Positions 20,564 through 31,847 are shown, counted from the stretch's first letter. The stretch is DNA of 64,000 nt from Desulfatiglandales bacterium (GCA_963662465.1 OY759599.1:3360001-3424000), one strand, 5' to 3'. Numbers and translations: made by a program. The notes: generated by a model not told the origin, from the sequence alone.

Positions 20564-21893
20564 CGCCTTCCACCGGGTCATTGAATACAGGAAAGATATT
20601 CAGTCTGTTGAAGTCCTCAATGTACCGCCTGTCGGAAAAAAAACTGAGCGCTATGGGCTTACGGTATTTCCGGCTCAAATTTCTGATGAAGTTCAGCATC
20701 TGCTCGGGAGTGGCCATTTCCCCGCCAAAAATCTTCGCCATCTCAGGCTCATACATAAATGACAACACAAGGCCGTCAATGTTGTCCAACGAAAGACATT
20801 GCTTCAGCGTAAATAGCAACGCACTGATATCGTGGACGTCGCCAAAATCCATGGGGTTTGACATGCGGATGACCCCCGCCCGCCGAAAGCTCTCGATTTT
20901 ATGGATGAGTTCATGGGGCAAAGAAGGGCATGAAAACCCATATTTTTCACACGCATCCCCGAGGATTACGGAAAACCCGCCCGACATGGAGATAACGGCC
21001 AAACGATCTCCGTTCATGGGGGGGAGTTGCAGCGCTTTAGCGGCAACCGGCATATGGGACAGCTCCCGCACGCGCAAAACCCCAGCCTGTTTCAAAGCAC
21101 AGTCCACGATTCGGTCGTCATTTGAAAGGGCCGCGGTATGGGAATAGGCAACTACGGACGCTGTTTGACTCACATTGGACTTAAAAATGACAATCGGTTT
21201 TTTCGATTTCCGGGCCAACGTCATCAGTTTTTTCCCGTCTTCAATACTCTCCAGATACATGTGGATCTGATCCGTATCCACATCTTCCATGAGATATTCC
21301 AGAAAATCGATTTCATTTAGGTCCAACTTATTGCCCATACTGATGATTTTTGAAAATCCCACATGTTCTTCGGAAAAAAGATAGGCCGACTGGGTGGTGA
21401 CGCCGCCGCTCTGCACAATCAGTCCCACAAGCCCCTTCTTGAAGCTTTTGACCCGCATGGGGTTGAATGGGGTACAAAGACCGGAGGCGGTACAGATGAC
21501 GCCGATGCAGTTGGGGCCGATAAATCGAATGCCGTATTCCCGGGCCACCCGGATAATATTTTTCTCCGCCTCGTTATCCCGGTGTTCAAATTCACGGAAT
21601 CCTCCGGTGGAAACAACGGCATGGCGTATCCCTTTTTTTCCACAGGTTTCAAGCGTTTCCGCTACAAACCGCGCCGGCACCAGAATCACCGCCAGATCGA
21701 TCCCCCCGGGCAGCGCGTCGGGGTTGGTGATGATTTTTTTTCCATGCACATAGCCGTTTTCCAGCCCAATTGGATAAATTGCGCCTTTGAAACCCATCTC
21801 AAGGGAATTTGAAATAATGGTTTTGCCCAGATTTCTTGAATTATCCGCCACGCCAAAAACTGCCAGGGAAGAAGGATTGAAGAATTTTCTCAT
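20514..21893 (-). CDS. Acyl-CoA synthetase (NDP-forming) alpha-type CoA-binding protein
   Basis: [42 protein letters not shown]; no ATP-grasp domain. Confidence 0.85.
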   Translation of the reverse strand: MRKFFNPSSLAVFGVADNSRNLGKTIISNSLEMGFKGAIYPIGLENGYVHGKKIITNPDALPGGIDLAVILVPARFVAETLETCGKKGIRHAVVSTGGFREFEHRDNEAEKNIIRVAREYGIRFIGPNCIGVICTASGLCTPFNPMRVKSFKKGLVGLIVQSGGVTTQSAYLFSEEHVGFSKIISMGNKLDLNEIDFLEYLMEDVDTDQIHMYLESIEDGKKLMTLARKSKKPIVIFKSNVSQTASVVAYSHTAALSNDDRIVDCALKQAGVLRVRELSHMPVAAKALQLPPMNGDRLAVISMSGGFSVILGDACEKYGFSCPSLPHELIHKIESFRRAGVIRMSNPMDFGDVHDISALLFTLKQCLSLDNIDGLVLSFMYEPEMAKIFGGEMATPEQMLNFIRNLSRKYRKPIALSFFSDRRYIEDFNRLNIFPVFNDPVEGVKGLRLLRDYRRGKGR

Positions 21894-22495
21894 ATTATTT
21901 CACCTATATCGTACCGTTCATTTTCATTGATTTTCACACGAGCATAAATATTCCGCAAGGACAATTCAACGCCCACGGATTTAAGGGTGAACACGTCGGA
22001 TTGCGATTTGTATTCATCCAGAACCCATTGGCCTTTGTCATTTTTTTGAAAATGCTCTACATGAAGGGAATACTGGTCCACCAGAATATAGTCTTTTAAA
22101 GAAACGATGTTGCGATAGGCCATAAACTTGCTTCCCCGGTCATAATCCTTCGTGGAGTTGGAAAGGATCTTAAAGAGTACAATGGGGTTTGTAATGACAT
22201 CGTCCCCTTCCCCCAAAAATTCAACCTCATGGCATACAACGCTCACGTCGGGATAAACGTAGTGACGGGCCTTGTTCACCTGAATTTTCATGTCGCTTGC
22301 AAGGACATGACATGGGGAATTCCGAAGCGCACCGTGCAGGGCGGATGAAATATTCACGGCGATCAGATTGTGATTGAAGGAAGCGCCGGTCATGGCAAAG
22401 ATCTCACCATCACAATACTCGTTCTTGTTTTCCGCGTGTCTCTCCAGCTCAAAATAGGCTTCAGGGGAAACATATTTCTTTTCCGGTTGCGCCAT
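21890..22495 (-). CDS. Uma2-family endonuclease-like protein
   Basis: [34 protein letters not shown]. Confidence 0.88.
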   Translation of the reverse strand: MAQPEKKYVSPEAYFELERHAENKNEYCDGEIFAMTGASFNHNLIAVNISSALHGALRNSPCHVLASDMKIQVNKARHYVYPDVSVVCHEVEFLGEGDDVITNPIVLFKILSNSTKDYDRGSKFMAYRNIVSLKDYILVDQYSLHVEHFQKNDKGQWVLDEYKSQSDVFTLKSVGVELSLRNIYARVKINENERYDIGEII

Positions 22496-22592
22496 TGGGT
22501 TCCCTCCTTCTGAAATACAACAGACCCCCGTCGACTTAAAATATCCCGCACTTTTTCAAAGGGATATCCGTCATTGTTGGCATCCTTCCCGT

Positions 22593-22744
22593 TTTGAACA
22601 CGATTCACAGGATTAAACACGATGAACAGGATTAGAATCCGGCGTCCGGACAAGTTCCTTCAAAGCCCTTTACACCCTTTTGTTTGCGTTTCATCAGCCA
22701 AGGGCAATCCTGTCCATCATTTAATCTTTCAAATCGTGTTCAAA
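22593..22744. repeat. Inverted-repeat element with nonamer-like (ACAGGATT/ACACGATT) arms
   Basis: TTTGAACACGATT at the left end and AATCGTGTTCAAA at the right end are perfect 13-bp inverted repeats; inner ACAGGATT/AATCCTGT units. Confidence 0.65.
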
Positions 22745-24497
22745 CATTTTGTCCCGGCTTGCGACTGTAGCCAACAGCATCACGCAATGTCGTCCTCAGC
22801 TCCTCCAAGCCGAAAGGCTTGGAAATTGCGCCGCAAAAACCGTGTTCCCGAAAGTTGCTGACAATAGGGTCATTGGTGTAACCGGTCGCAACAATCGCCT
22901 TAACGTCAGGATCAATCTCCAACAATTTCACGATCGTCTCGACCCCTCCCATGCCGATTTTATTGGTCAAGTCCAGGATAACCACATCAAAAGGTTTCTC
23001 CGATTCCATTGCCTTTCCGTATCTTTCAATCGCTTCAAAACCTTCCACGGCGACCTCCGCCTCATATCCGAGGTGCGTCAGCAACCTGTCCGTGACCTCC
23101 CGAACCTTTTCCTCATCGTCCATCACCAGAATTCTTTGGATTGTTGATTGGCGATTGGGCGCCAACATCATTACGCCGGGCGCCGGGCGCTTTGCTCTCC
23201 GGGCGTTCGGAAGCGGGGAGGTAGATGGAAAGCGTTGTTCCTTTCCCCAATTCAGAGGCGACCGTGATGATGCCATCGTGTTTCTTTACAATTGAATCAG
23301 ATACCGCAAGCCCTAATCCCATCCCTTTTTCAGCACCCATCTCTTTGAACGACAGCAGATATCAGAACGTTTTAAAGAAGCGCCCACGGCGTCTTTTACC
23401 AGGTCGCCCATGCGGACGCTTTTCTTTATGGGTCCTCCCCCCTTGGCAAATGTAATCAACCGGGCCGTCAACGCCTTTGTCTTAAGGGATGCCTTTTCCG
23501 CCTTGATCAGGTATTCAAGGGCCTTGCTCTCCGGCTTCAAGTTCATTCCGGCCAGGGAAATATTGCCCAAAACGGCGGTCATAAGATTATTGAAATCATG
23601 GGCAATGCCACCCGCGAGGACACCAAGCGCTTTAAGTTTTCGGGCCTTTAGAAGGGCCTCTTCGGCCGCCTTGCGCATGGTGATGTCAGCCATGACTCCG
23701 AGGTTCCCGAGGTAGTTGTCCTCCGAATCGTAAAAGGGTCTGGGAGAACATAACACGAAGATCTTTTCCCCATCGGCCCGGACCAACTCAAGTTCATACT
23801 TTTCCGCTTTCCCCTGCCCGCGCCTCACATACTCCTCTTGAACCTTTGCTTGATATGCCTCGCTCGCTAATTCATGAAACCGACGACCCATAAGCCTCTC
23901 GCGGGTATGGCCCATCATTTCCGCGAACCGTTCGTTTATAAAGGTCATGCGCCAGTTTTCGTCCACCTCCACCAGTCCTTCATTCATGGTGTCCACCAGG
24001 GTGCGATACCGGTCCCTTGACAATCGAAGTTCCGATTGCGTTGTGCGAAGTTCCTCATTTTGCATTTCCAATTCGACCTGGTGCGCACGCAGCTCGTTTT
24101 TCAAGCGGTTGTTTGACAATATTAATCCGCGCTTTTCCAAAGCCCTGTTTACCGATAAAAGGAGGGCATCGATATCTTCCAGGGGCTTGGTCAGGTAATC
24201 ATAGGCCCCGTCGTCCCTTAATGCCTGAATGGCATTTTCCAGGGTGGCATAACCGGTGAGAATGATGATCTCCACATCTTCGGCCAATCTCTTGACTTCC
24301 CTGACAACCGCCAGACCGTCCATGCCCGGCATTTTCATGTCCGTGATAACAAGATCAAAGTTTTCGGTTTTGAAAATCCGGATGGCTTCCCCGCCACTCA
24401 GGGCCTTTTGTACCGCAAACCCTTCTTCGGTTAAAATGGATTCAAGCAATTCAAGGATTTCCGGTTCATCGTCGATGATGAGAATTCTTTCATTCAT
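22740..24497 (-). pseudogene. Hybrid sensor kinase (REC-PAS-HisKA-HATPase-REC) with an internal deletion and frameshifts
   Basis: AHDFNN is followed by an abrupt jump near 23345 to [16 protein letters not shown] in another frame; the final receiver (ILVMDDE) is out of frame with the HATPase fragment. Confidence 0.85.
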
Positions 24498-24720
24498 TTT
24501 ATTCACTCCTTTCAATCGGTAATGTGATCCGAAACGTTGTTCCAGCCGGCCCGGTTTCGCTCACCTCGATCTCGCCCCCATGCGCCTTGATGATCCCGTA
24601 ACTGATGGAAAGCCCCAACCCCGTCCCCTGGCCCACCTCTTTGGTGGTGAAAAAAGGATCGAAAATATCTTTCAGTGCCTCTTGGGGTATCCCGCAGCCA
24701 TTGTCCCGGACGAGGATCTC

Positions 24721-24753
24721 GATTGCGGATTGCGGATTGCGGATTGCGGATTT
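24721..24753. repeat. Heptamer tract (GATTGCG) x4
   Basis: gattgcggattgcggattgcggattgcggattt; encodes KSAIRNPQSAI on the minus strand. Confidence 0.9.
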
Positions 24754-24867
24754 TCCCACCGGAAATGTGGTGGGTTTTGGGCTGCTTTCCGTGTCACGCA
24801 CCCTTGTGCTGATCTCTATTTTTCCCCTATATTCAGGAGCTTTCCCATTTTCCTCCGGATCCCCATT

Positions 24868-24890
24868 CCGAAATCCGAAATCCGAAATCC
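24868..24890. repeat. Heptamer tract (CCGAAAT) x3 at the frameshift site
   Basis: ccgaaatccgaaatccgaaatcc. Confidence 0.9.
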
Positions 24891-26250
24891 AATGGCGTCC
24901 CGGGCATTGGTGAGCAAATTGAGAAGGATCTGCTCCAGCTGGTTGGGGTCTCCCAGAACCTTGGGAAGATCGTTGGAAAAATCCAGCGACACCTCGATGT
25001 TTCTCAGCTTGAGTTGCTCGCCGATCATCATAAAGGAATCCTGAATGATCCCGTTCACATCCACGGGCGCAAACGCCCCTTTTGATTGACGCGAAAAAGT
25101 CCGCAAATGGTTGATGATATTCATCATCCGCTTGGTGTTTTTTTCAATGGCGTTCAAACTTTCAACCAGTGCGGCCGTATCCAGGGAATTTTTGCCCTGT
25201 CTTCTTAAGGTGAGCTGAGCCGTACCTCGAATAACCATCAGGGGCTGATTCAATTCATGGGCCACGCCCGCGGCCAGCTCGCCGATGGAGGCCAGTTTCG
25301 CCGACTGGACCAACTGGGTCTGAACGTTCTTGAGATCATCGTAGGCCTTTTGGAGCGCCTCCTCCGCCTGTTTACGGTCCGTAATGTCAAACCAGCAGCC
25401 GATAATCTCCACTGGTTTTCCCTCGCCGTCCCGCACAAGCGTGATCTCGTCGCGCATCCAGCGATAACTTCCGTCTTTGTGGGGGAACCGATACTCGTGT
25501 ATGAGGCGCCCATACTCAAAAACACGAGCCGCCCCGGCAAGGACGCGAGGGGCATCTTCAGGGTGAATACGGTCAGCCCAAAATCCTGAATCCTCAATGA
25601 ACTCACGAGGCTGATAACCCAGCTGTCGGGTGATGTTGTCGCTGATGAAGGTGCCCCCATAGTTTCCCTCGGCCTTGCAGGTATAGATCACCGCCGGGCT
25701 GGACGAAACCAGATACTGGAATCGCGCTTTGCTTTCCCGCAGCGCCGCCTCCGTCCGCTTGTGCTCAGAAATATCCGTCACGGTTCCAATCATGCGCAAG
25801 GGTTGGCCGGTCGCATCCCTCTCAACCACACGACCTCGACCCAGCACCCATTTCCATTCCCCGGTTTTGGTACGAAGTCGGTGTTCTTTTTGCCAGGAAT
25901 CAGTTTTTCCTTTAAGGTGATCTTGGAGCGTTAAGAGTGCAAGCGCCTGATCCTCCGGATGAATTCTATTTTCCCATGAACCATATTCTGAAGCGACATC
26001 TGATTCGCCCAAAATCTTTGACCACGACGGGCTATAATAAACTTCACCCGATAGCACTTTCCAATCCCACAGACCATCAGTCGTTGCATCCATGGCAAGC
26101 CGATAGATTTCTCCGCTCTCCCGCAACGCCTCCTGGGCGTGTTTACAGTCAGCGGTTTCGCTTTCTAATGCCTTTACCCGATTTTCCAATTCCTGGTAGG
26201 TTGGTTTTTTGACCATCAGGAAACTCTCCTCAAGACAGCCTCAAATGCCG

Positions 26251-27660
26251 TCATGGCTCATCCTTTGATCGCGGCAATTTGACAATAAAGGTGGAACCTC
26301 TCTTCAATCGGCTATCCACATGCACCGTTCCCCCGTGGGCATGAACGATGGCCTTCACAAAACTGAGCCCAAGTCCCAACCCTCTCTTGGATCTGCTGGC
26401 ATCGCCGCGATACAGACGCTCCCATATCCTGGAAACCTCGTTTTCAGCAATGCCCATGCCTTCATCGGATACGGAAACAACAACGTTTAACCCCTCTTCA
26501 CGGGCATCGATTTTCACGGTTCCGCCGTTACCCCCATATTTCAGGGCATTATCCAGCAGGTTGGCCAGCACCTGCAGCAGCCGGGTTCGATCGGCATGGA
26601 TCATCAGCATATCGGGTGAGTTCACAACCACCGTCGTGTCCTGATCTTCCGCCACAATCTCATAAAGGTCTACCACATCGCGGATCATCTGGGAAACAGA
26701 CAGGAGGGTTTTTTCCAATCGCATGGCCCCGGTTTCCGCTTCCGCCACATCCATTAAGGTATTGAGCATGGTCAGCACCCGCTCCGATTCTTCCATGCAA
26801 TCGGCGAGCGCTTCCTGGCAGTCCTCCCGGTTTTCAGGGTCCTGGAGGGCAACTTCCGCCACGCCCCGAAGGCGCGTCATGGGCGTCCGCAAATCGTGGG
26901 CCACATTGTCCAAGGAATTGTGCATGGCCTGGATAAGCAAATCGTTTTTATCCAGCATCCGGTTAAACAGCCCCACCAGTTCGTCCATCTCTCCCCGTTC
27001 CCGGCGAACCGGCACACGAAGGCTCATTTCGCCGGTTTTCAGGATATTCTTGACGGTCTCAATGAGATTCCGGATGGGCTTCATGGCGCGAAAGGCGACC
27101 ATCCCCCCGCCGATAACGCCCAGCAAAAGAATGGGAATCATGAATATAATGAAGACGGTTCTAAAATAGGAGAGGAGTTCCCGGCTTCGGGCCGAACTCT
27201 TTCCCACCTGAAGGGTAAGGCCGCCGGGCAAAGGCGCCATACCCACAGTCCAGGAGCCTTTTTCAGCGGTCCCTTCCAAGGAAAGCCAGAAATCTTTTTT
27301 ACCCGGCTGGACCGCCCCTAAACGGCGAGGGTCGAGCCCTTCAAATCCAGGGGGAAATTTCACAAACAGAACCTGGTTCAAGGGTCCCACGATACGAACG
27401 AAAAAAATATCTCCCGCCGGGTTGATTTGTTCATCAAAGCGCGCCTTGAGGGCTCGAATCCCTCCTTCTTCATACCAGGCCTGGTATTCCAGAATCCGGT
27501 CCTTGACGATCTCCCGCTCCCGCTGTTCAACCAGATTGCCGATCAGATAATAGGCCACCACGAAGAGTCCGCCCGAGGCAATGACAAAAAAGAGCGCATA
27601 CATAACGCTCAATTTCAGACTGAAGGTCAGCCCCGCCCGGCTACGGCGCCTTGACGACAT
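26251..27660 (-). CDS. Membrane HAMP sensor histidine kinase
   Basis: Two transmembrane segments, HAMP, AHDLRTP, NLLDNALKY, GLGLGL. Confidence 0.92.
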   Translation of the reverse strand: MSSRRRSRAGLTFSLKLSVMYALFFVIASGGLFVVAYYLIGNLVEQREREIVKDRILEYQAWYEEGGIRALKARFDEQINPAGDIFFVRIVGPLNQVLFVKFPPGFEGLDPRRLGAVQPGKKDFWLSLEGTAEKGSWTVGMAPLPGGLTLQVGKSSARSRELLSYFRTVFIIFMIPILLLGVIGGGMVAFRAMKPIRNLIETVKNILKTGEMSLRVPVRRERGEMDELVGLFNRMLDKNDLLIQAMHNSLDNVAHDLRTPMTRLRGVAEVALQDPENREDCQEALADCMEESERVLTMLNTLMDVAEAETGAMRLEKTLLSVSQMIRDVVDLYEIVAEDQDTTVVVNSPDMLMIHADRTRLLQVLANLLDNALKYGGNGGTVKIDAREEGLNVVVSVSDEGMGIAENEVSRIWERLYRGDASRSKRGLGLGLSFVKAIVHAHGGTVHVDSRLKRGSTFIVKLPRSKDEP

Positions 27661-28315
27661 AACCCATACCGCGCACCGTGTGGATCAGTTTTTTATCAAA
27701 CCCCTTATCGATTTTGTTGCGCACACGACAGACCAGGACATCCACCACATTGGTCTGGGGATCGAAGCTGTAGTCGTAGACATGTTCCAGAATGGATGTT
27801 TTGGAAACGATACGCCCCTTATTTCGCACCAGGTGTTCCAACAGGGCAAATTCCCGGGACGGCAGGCTGATCTCCTGCTTTCCCCGTTCCACCTCACGGG
27901 TCAACAAATCCAGGGTCAGGTCTCCGGCATGAAGCGTCGACGGTTCCGCAACTCGGGTTGACCGTCGAATGAGCGCGTGAATGCGGGCCAGGAGTTCGGA
28001 GAATGAAAACGGCTTGGTCATATAATCATCCCCACCGGTTTGAAGGCCCTTGACCCGATCGTCCACGGACCGTTTTGCGCTGAGAATAATCACGGGGGTG
28101 GTGATCTTTTTCTGTCTGAGCCTCTCAATAAGGGATAATCCGTCAAGCCCCGGCAGCATGATATCGACAACAGCCGCATCATAGGGTTCGGTCTGTCCCA
28201 GATGAAGACCGTCCACCCCATCATGGACCACATCCACGGCGAACCCAGCCTCTTTTAAACCATTTGCAATAAAGGAGGCGATTTTAGGGTCATCTTCAAC
28301 GACTAAAATTCTCAT
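27641..28315 (-). CDS. OmpR/CusR-family response regulator
   Basis: VEDD, DIMLP, KPFSF, NVVDV, HTVRGMGY. Confidence 0.93.
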   Translation of the reverse strand: MRILVVEDDPKIASFIANGLKEAGFAVDVVHDGVDGLHLGQTEPYDAAVVDIMLPGLDGLSLIERLRQKKITTPVIILSAKRSVDDRVKGLQTGGDDYMTKPFSFSELLARIHALIRRSTRVAEPSTLHAGDLTLDLLTREVERGKQEISLPSREFALLEHLVRNKGRIVSKTSILEHVYDYSFDPQTNVVDVLVCRVRNKIDKGFDKKLIHTVRGMGYVVKAP

Positions 28316-28368
28316 CAGGAGCTTCCCCTGTCATGAACCGGAATTTCATCAGATGTTGTAAAGCCCCC

Positions 28369-28403
28369 AAAAAAAAGCGCCCCCTCGAAATTCGAGGGAG
28401 CGC
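28369..28403 (-). terminator. Rho-independent terminator of the cold-shock gene
   Basis: GCGCTCCCTCGAA-T-TTCGAGGGGGCGC followed by T8 on the minus strand. Confidence 0.8.
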
Positions 28404-28427
28404 CTGGACAGTCAAAAAAGCTATAAG

Positions 28428-28628
28428 TTACGATACCTTAACATTCGCAGCCGAAGGACCTTTCTGCCCCTGCTCGATATCAAAGGTAACCCGATCCCCC
28501 TCGTTCAAGGACTTGAAGCCTTCCATGAGGATGGCGGAATGATGAACAAACACATCCGGGCCATCTTCCTGTTCGATAAAGCCAAAACCCTTCTGATCGC
28601 TGAACCACTTTACAGTCCCATTTGCCAT
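28428..28628 (-). CDS. Cold-shock protein (CspA family)
   Basis: [31 protein letters not shown]. Confidence 0.95.
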   Translation of the reverse strand: MANGTVKWFSDQKGFGFIEQEDGPDVFVHHSAILMEGFKSLNEGDRVTFDIEQGQKGPSAANVKVS

Positions 28629-28838
28629 TGTGACGTCTCCTTTTCTTTCCAAATAAATCCACACTACCATACTTGCGGCTGCCACTTTGAAAATGGTATT
28701 TCGTCTGAGAACGAAGCCAGCCTACGAGCTAGGGGGAGGAAAATTAATAATGGTTTGGAAATTACCATGATTTAAAAAAAAATCAAGCTTTTTTTCACCA
28801 ATTTCTAATTCACACTGCATTTTTTTATAAATACCCCT

Positions 28839-30089
28839 TTAGGCCTCGCACCACAGCCCACATAATCGAACAATCACCTCCGCGCCCTTTTCAAGGGCAA
28901 TCACTGGAATCCACTCGGTTTTTGAGTGAATCATCATGGCGCCGGTAAAGATATTCGGCGTGGGCAACCCCATAAAGCAGAGTCGCGCCCCGTCCGTCCC
29001 CCCGCGAATGGGATTTTCCCGTACAACTATCCCCGAGGCCTTTATGGCCATTCGGGCCTTCTCCGCCACCTCTGGATACCGACGCAAAACCTCCCGCATG
29101 TTATGGTATTGATCTTTGGCGTTAACATCGATCCGAAGTCCCGGATAGCGCAATTCAAATACCTTGGCCAATTGTTTCAGGCAATCCATACGACGCTGAT
29201 TTTCGGCGCCGGCGAAATCCCGAATAATGAACTTGATCGTGGCTGAATTCTCATCGCCTTTTATTTGGGTCAAATGATAAAAGCCTTCACGATTCTCCGT
29301 ATGTTCAGGGCTTTCCCATTCAGGGAGCGCCGCAACAAAACGGGCGGCCAGGGCCGCGGCATTCACCATTCTATTTTTAGCATAACCGGGGTGAATATTG
29401 CGACCATGAAAAACCAGGGTCAATTCCCAGGCGTCAAAACACTCCTGCTCAATGTCCCCCATCATGCCGCCATCCATGGTGTATCCAAATTTTCCCAGCC
29501 GTTTCGTTTGAATGAAATCCGTACCGGCGCCAATCTCTTCATCCGGGGTAAAGACAATTCGCAATTCCGGGTGGGGCAGTTCCGGAAAAGCTTGAAATGC
29601 GCTCAAGGCGGCCATAATCTCGGCAATGCCCGCCTTGTCGTCGGCGCCCAGGAGGGTGCGCCCATCGCTTGTAATGAGCGTTTCACCGATGAACTGCAAC
29701 AGCTCCGGCGATTCCAAAGGCGTTAAAGCAGGGGCGCCGGAACCTGGAAACCGAATATCGCGCCCATCATAATCCGTAATCACCACGGGCGTCACATCCG
29801 CGCCGGATTCCGAAGGAGACGTGTCCAAATGCGAACAAAAGGTAATAGCGGGACCCACAAAACCTTCAGAGGCCGGCAAGACAGCATACCCATAGCAGTG
29901 GGCATCAAGCTCGACATCTGATAACCCCAGATCAAGGAGTTCTTCCCTCAAAAGTCGGCCCAGCACCCATTGACCCTCCGAGGAAGGATACATGTTGGCA
30001 TCCGGATCGGATTGCGTATCAATCCGCACGTACCGTAAAAAACGTTCACGGGCCTCCTTTCGCAAAAAGGCCCTTATTTTCTTATTCAT
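28839..30089 (-). CDS. pepT: Peptidase T (tripeptidase, M20B)
   Basis: SHLDTS, LLGADDKAG, FTPDEEIG, IHPGYAK, IRGGTDG. Confidence 0.93.
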   Translation of the reverse strand: MNKKIRAFLRKEARERFLRYVRIDTQSDPDANMYPSSEGQWVLGRLLREELLDLGLSDVELDAHCYGYAVLPASEGFVGPAITFCSHLDTSPSESGADVTPVVITDYDGRDIRFPGSGAPALTPLESPELLQFIGETLITSDGRTLLGADDKAGIAEIMAALSAFQAFPELPHPELRIVFTPDEEIGAGTDFIQTKRLGKFGYTMDGGMMGDIEQECFDAWELTLVFHGRNIHPGYAKNRMVNAAALAARFVAALPEWESPEHTENREGFYHLTQIKGDENSATIKFIIRDFAGAENQRRMDCLKQLAKVFELRYPGLRIDVNAKDQYHNMREVLRRYPEVAEKARMAIKASGIVVRENPIRGGTDGARLCFMGLPTPNIFTGAMMIHSKTEWIPVIALEKGAEVIVRLCGLWCEA

Positions 30090-30111
30090 GAAGCAATCCT
30101 TTCCTGTTTTT

Positions 30112-31215
30112 TCAACTTTTACCGGACCCCAGGTTTTTCAGCTCATCATCGTAATGCCGAATCATACGCTGCCATGAAAATCGATTCATTTCACGAGAAA
30201 GCGTTGCCGCTTTGCGTTCCGATCCAAAGGTTCCGGAAAGCACCCGGGCCAGTTTTTCAACCAGTTCCTTCTGGCTTCGGTAGAGAAAATCATCGTGGCA
30301 GGATTCAGGAATAATCTCCGGATAAGACAAGCGGTGAGGCAGCAGGGGAATGCATCCGGCGCTAATCGCCTCCACTACGGAAATCCCGAAATTTTCCTGC
30401 CTTGCAGTACTGATAACGACCGTCCCCTCCCTCAACCACTTTTCATAAACCTCTTTGGCCGGTTCATATCCATATTGAACAATCCTTTTTCCATACCGTT
30501 TTCGGGCCGTCGTAAACGCCTTTGGGCAGTTCTGGAAATTCTCTCCCAGAAGGGCCAAACGAAAATCGAGACCCCGTTTCACCATCTCATCCAGGGCCAG
30601 GAAAAAATCTTTCGGGTTCTTGTCAAACTCCCACCGGTGATTCCAGATAATCAAAGGCGGCACTGAAGGGACTGAAGGGACTGAAGAAACCGCCTTGTTC
30701 TCAGAAAAAAGCCGGCATCCGGGATGCAGCACAGCGGCCCGTGAACGAATCTCATCCTTCACCCAGGTCGGTCTGTAATCGGGCATCATTTTCAAAAACT
30801 TCGGAAGTTTTGCAAAAAATGCATCAAAATGGGTTTGCGAATTAAAGAGGATGCGATTTGCGGCAAGTGCCGTGGTCATATCGGTAAAACCGAAATGAAC
30901 ATCCATGGCCTCTCCAGGGGGCAGGGGATAGGTAATCTGACTCTCATGAAAATAAACCAGGGCCGGAGGACAACATACTCCCGCAAGGGACCTGAAATCG
31001 GACAGACTCATGAGATCGCTGGTGATCAGGCCGTCATAATCTTCAAGGCAGGGAATCTTTTTCAAAAAGTAGAGTGCCGCCCCCCGCATGCGCCATTTCC
31101 AGAAGCGGGCGGGAAGGGTCAAAAGATCGATCCGGTATCGTGAATGGTCCACCCACCCCTCGGCAAAGTCCCGATGGGACCCACCGAAAAAGGGTTCCAT
31201 AAAAAGAAATCTCAT
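30112..31215 (-). CDS. DUF3524/GTDC1-like glycosyltransferase (GT-B fold)
   Basis: EPFFGGSH, LPARFWKWRMR, YFHE.Q..YP, WNHRWEFDKNP, ENFGISVVEA, LSYPE. Confidence 0.85.
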   Translation of the reverse strand: MRFLFMEPFFGGSHRDFAEGWVDHSRYRIDLLTLPARFWKWRMRGAALYFLKKIPCLEDYDGLITSDLMSLSDFRSLAGVCCPPALVYFHESQITYPLPPGEAMDVHFGFTDMTTALAANRILFNSQTHFDAFFAKLPKFLKMMPDYRPTWVKDEIRSRAAVLHPGCRLFSENKAVSSVPSVPSVPPLIIWNHRWEFDKNPKDFFLALDEMVKRGLDFRLALLGENFQNCPKAFTTARKRYGKRIVQYGYEPAKEVYEKWLREGTVVISTARQENFGISVVEAISAGCIPLLPHRLSYPEIIPESCHDDFLYRSQKELVEKLARVLSGTFGSERKAATLSREMNRFSWQRMIRHYDDELKNLGSGKS

Positions 31216-31308
31216 GGTTTACCTTTCATCCTGATCGCCTATGTGATAATTTCGCCAAACCGTTTCAACCGGAAGCAACCACATATCGCAATCACAGGGT
31301 GCAGTACA

Positions 31309-31346
31309 CTGCCCCCTGCCCCCTGCCCCCTGCCCCCTGCCCCCTG
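31309..31346. repeat. Heptamer tract (CTGCCCC) x5
   Basis: Five perfect copies, preceded by one inverted unit CAGGGTGCAG. Confidence 0.9.
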
Positions 31347-31421
31347 TAAACGGCAACCATATATCATTGAATACAACATATCAATAACATCGGACATGAA
31401 ACCAATGGAAACCTGCCCCAA

Positions 31422-31565
31422 AAAAGGCTTAAAGACATTTACATCACCGGCGATTTTTTGTCCTTTCCATCCCGCGCCCTTTACGATATGGAATCGGCGC
31501 TGCGGGGCGCCTCCCTGGACCGTAAGCACCTGCACAGCATTATCCGGGACTTTTTTCATTCTTGA
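31422..31565 (+). pseudogene. Lipoate-protein ligase C-terminal fragment
   Basis: KRLKDIYITGDFLSFPSRALYDMESALRG, with no upstream gene body. Confidence 0.55.
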
Positions 31566-31634
31566 CCCCCGTAGTAGCTCGCATTAGAATGGATCAGAGA
31601 AAGGGTAAACGGAATTTTTATTGGGGAAAAACAT

Positions 31635-31847
31635 ATGGAACAAATCGTCGTTCAAATAAAAGATCAGCAAAAAGGCCGGATTCTACTGGAATTGCTAAGG
31701 ACTTTGGATTTCGTCCATGTGGTAAGACCTACGGAGCAGGAAGCCGAGGAACCAGTGGATTTTTTTTCATTTTCCGGTTTATGGGCAAATCGGGACATCC
31801 ACATTGACGACATTCGCCATAAGGCATGGCCGAGGCAGCAGCCATGA
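31635..31847 (+). CDS. Probable antitoxin for the downstream VapC
   Basis: 70 aa with a GLWANRD motif; ATGA overlap with the PIN gene. Confidence 0.7.
   Translation: MEQIVVQIKDQQKGRILLELLRTLDFVHVVRPTEQEAEEPVDFFSFSGLWANRDIHIDDIRHKAWPRQQP

Larger units (their letters stand above)
24499..26216 (-). pseudogene. PAS-PAS sensor histidine kinase, frameshifted in a heptamer tract
   Basis: AHELNQP and NLLTNARDA, then a stop at 24816; GKIEISTR...DNGCG..DPFFTTK..GTGLGL continue in another frame. Confidence 0.88.

Noticed and set aside
22165..22180. Uma2 protein with Lys in place of the usual Glu (FKILS versus EVLS)
   Set aside because: A single transition in a family with many degenerate paralogs; not informative alone.
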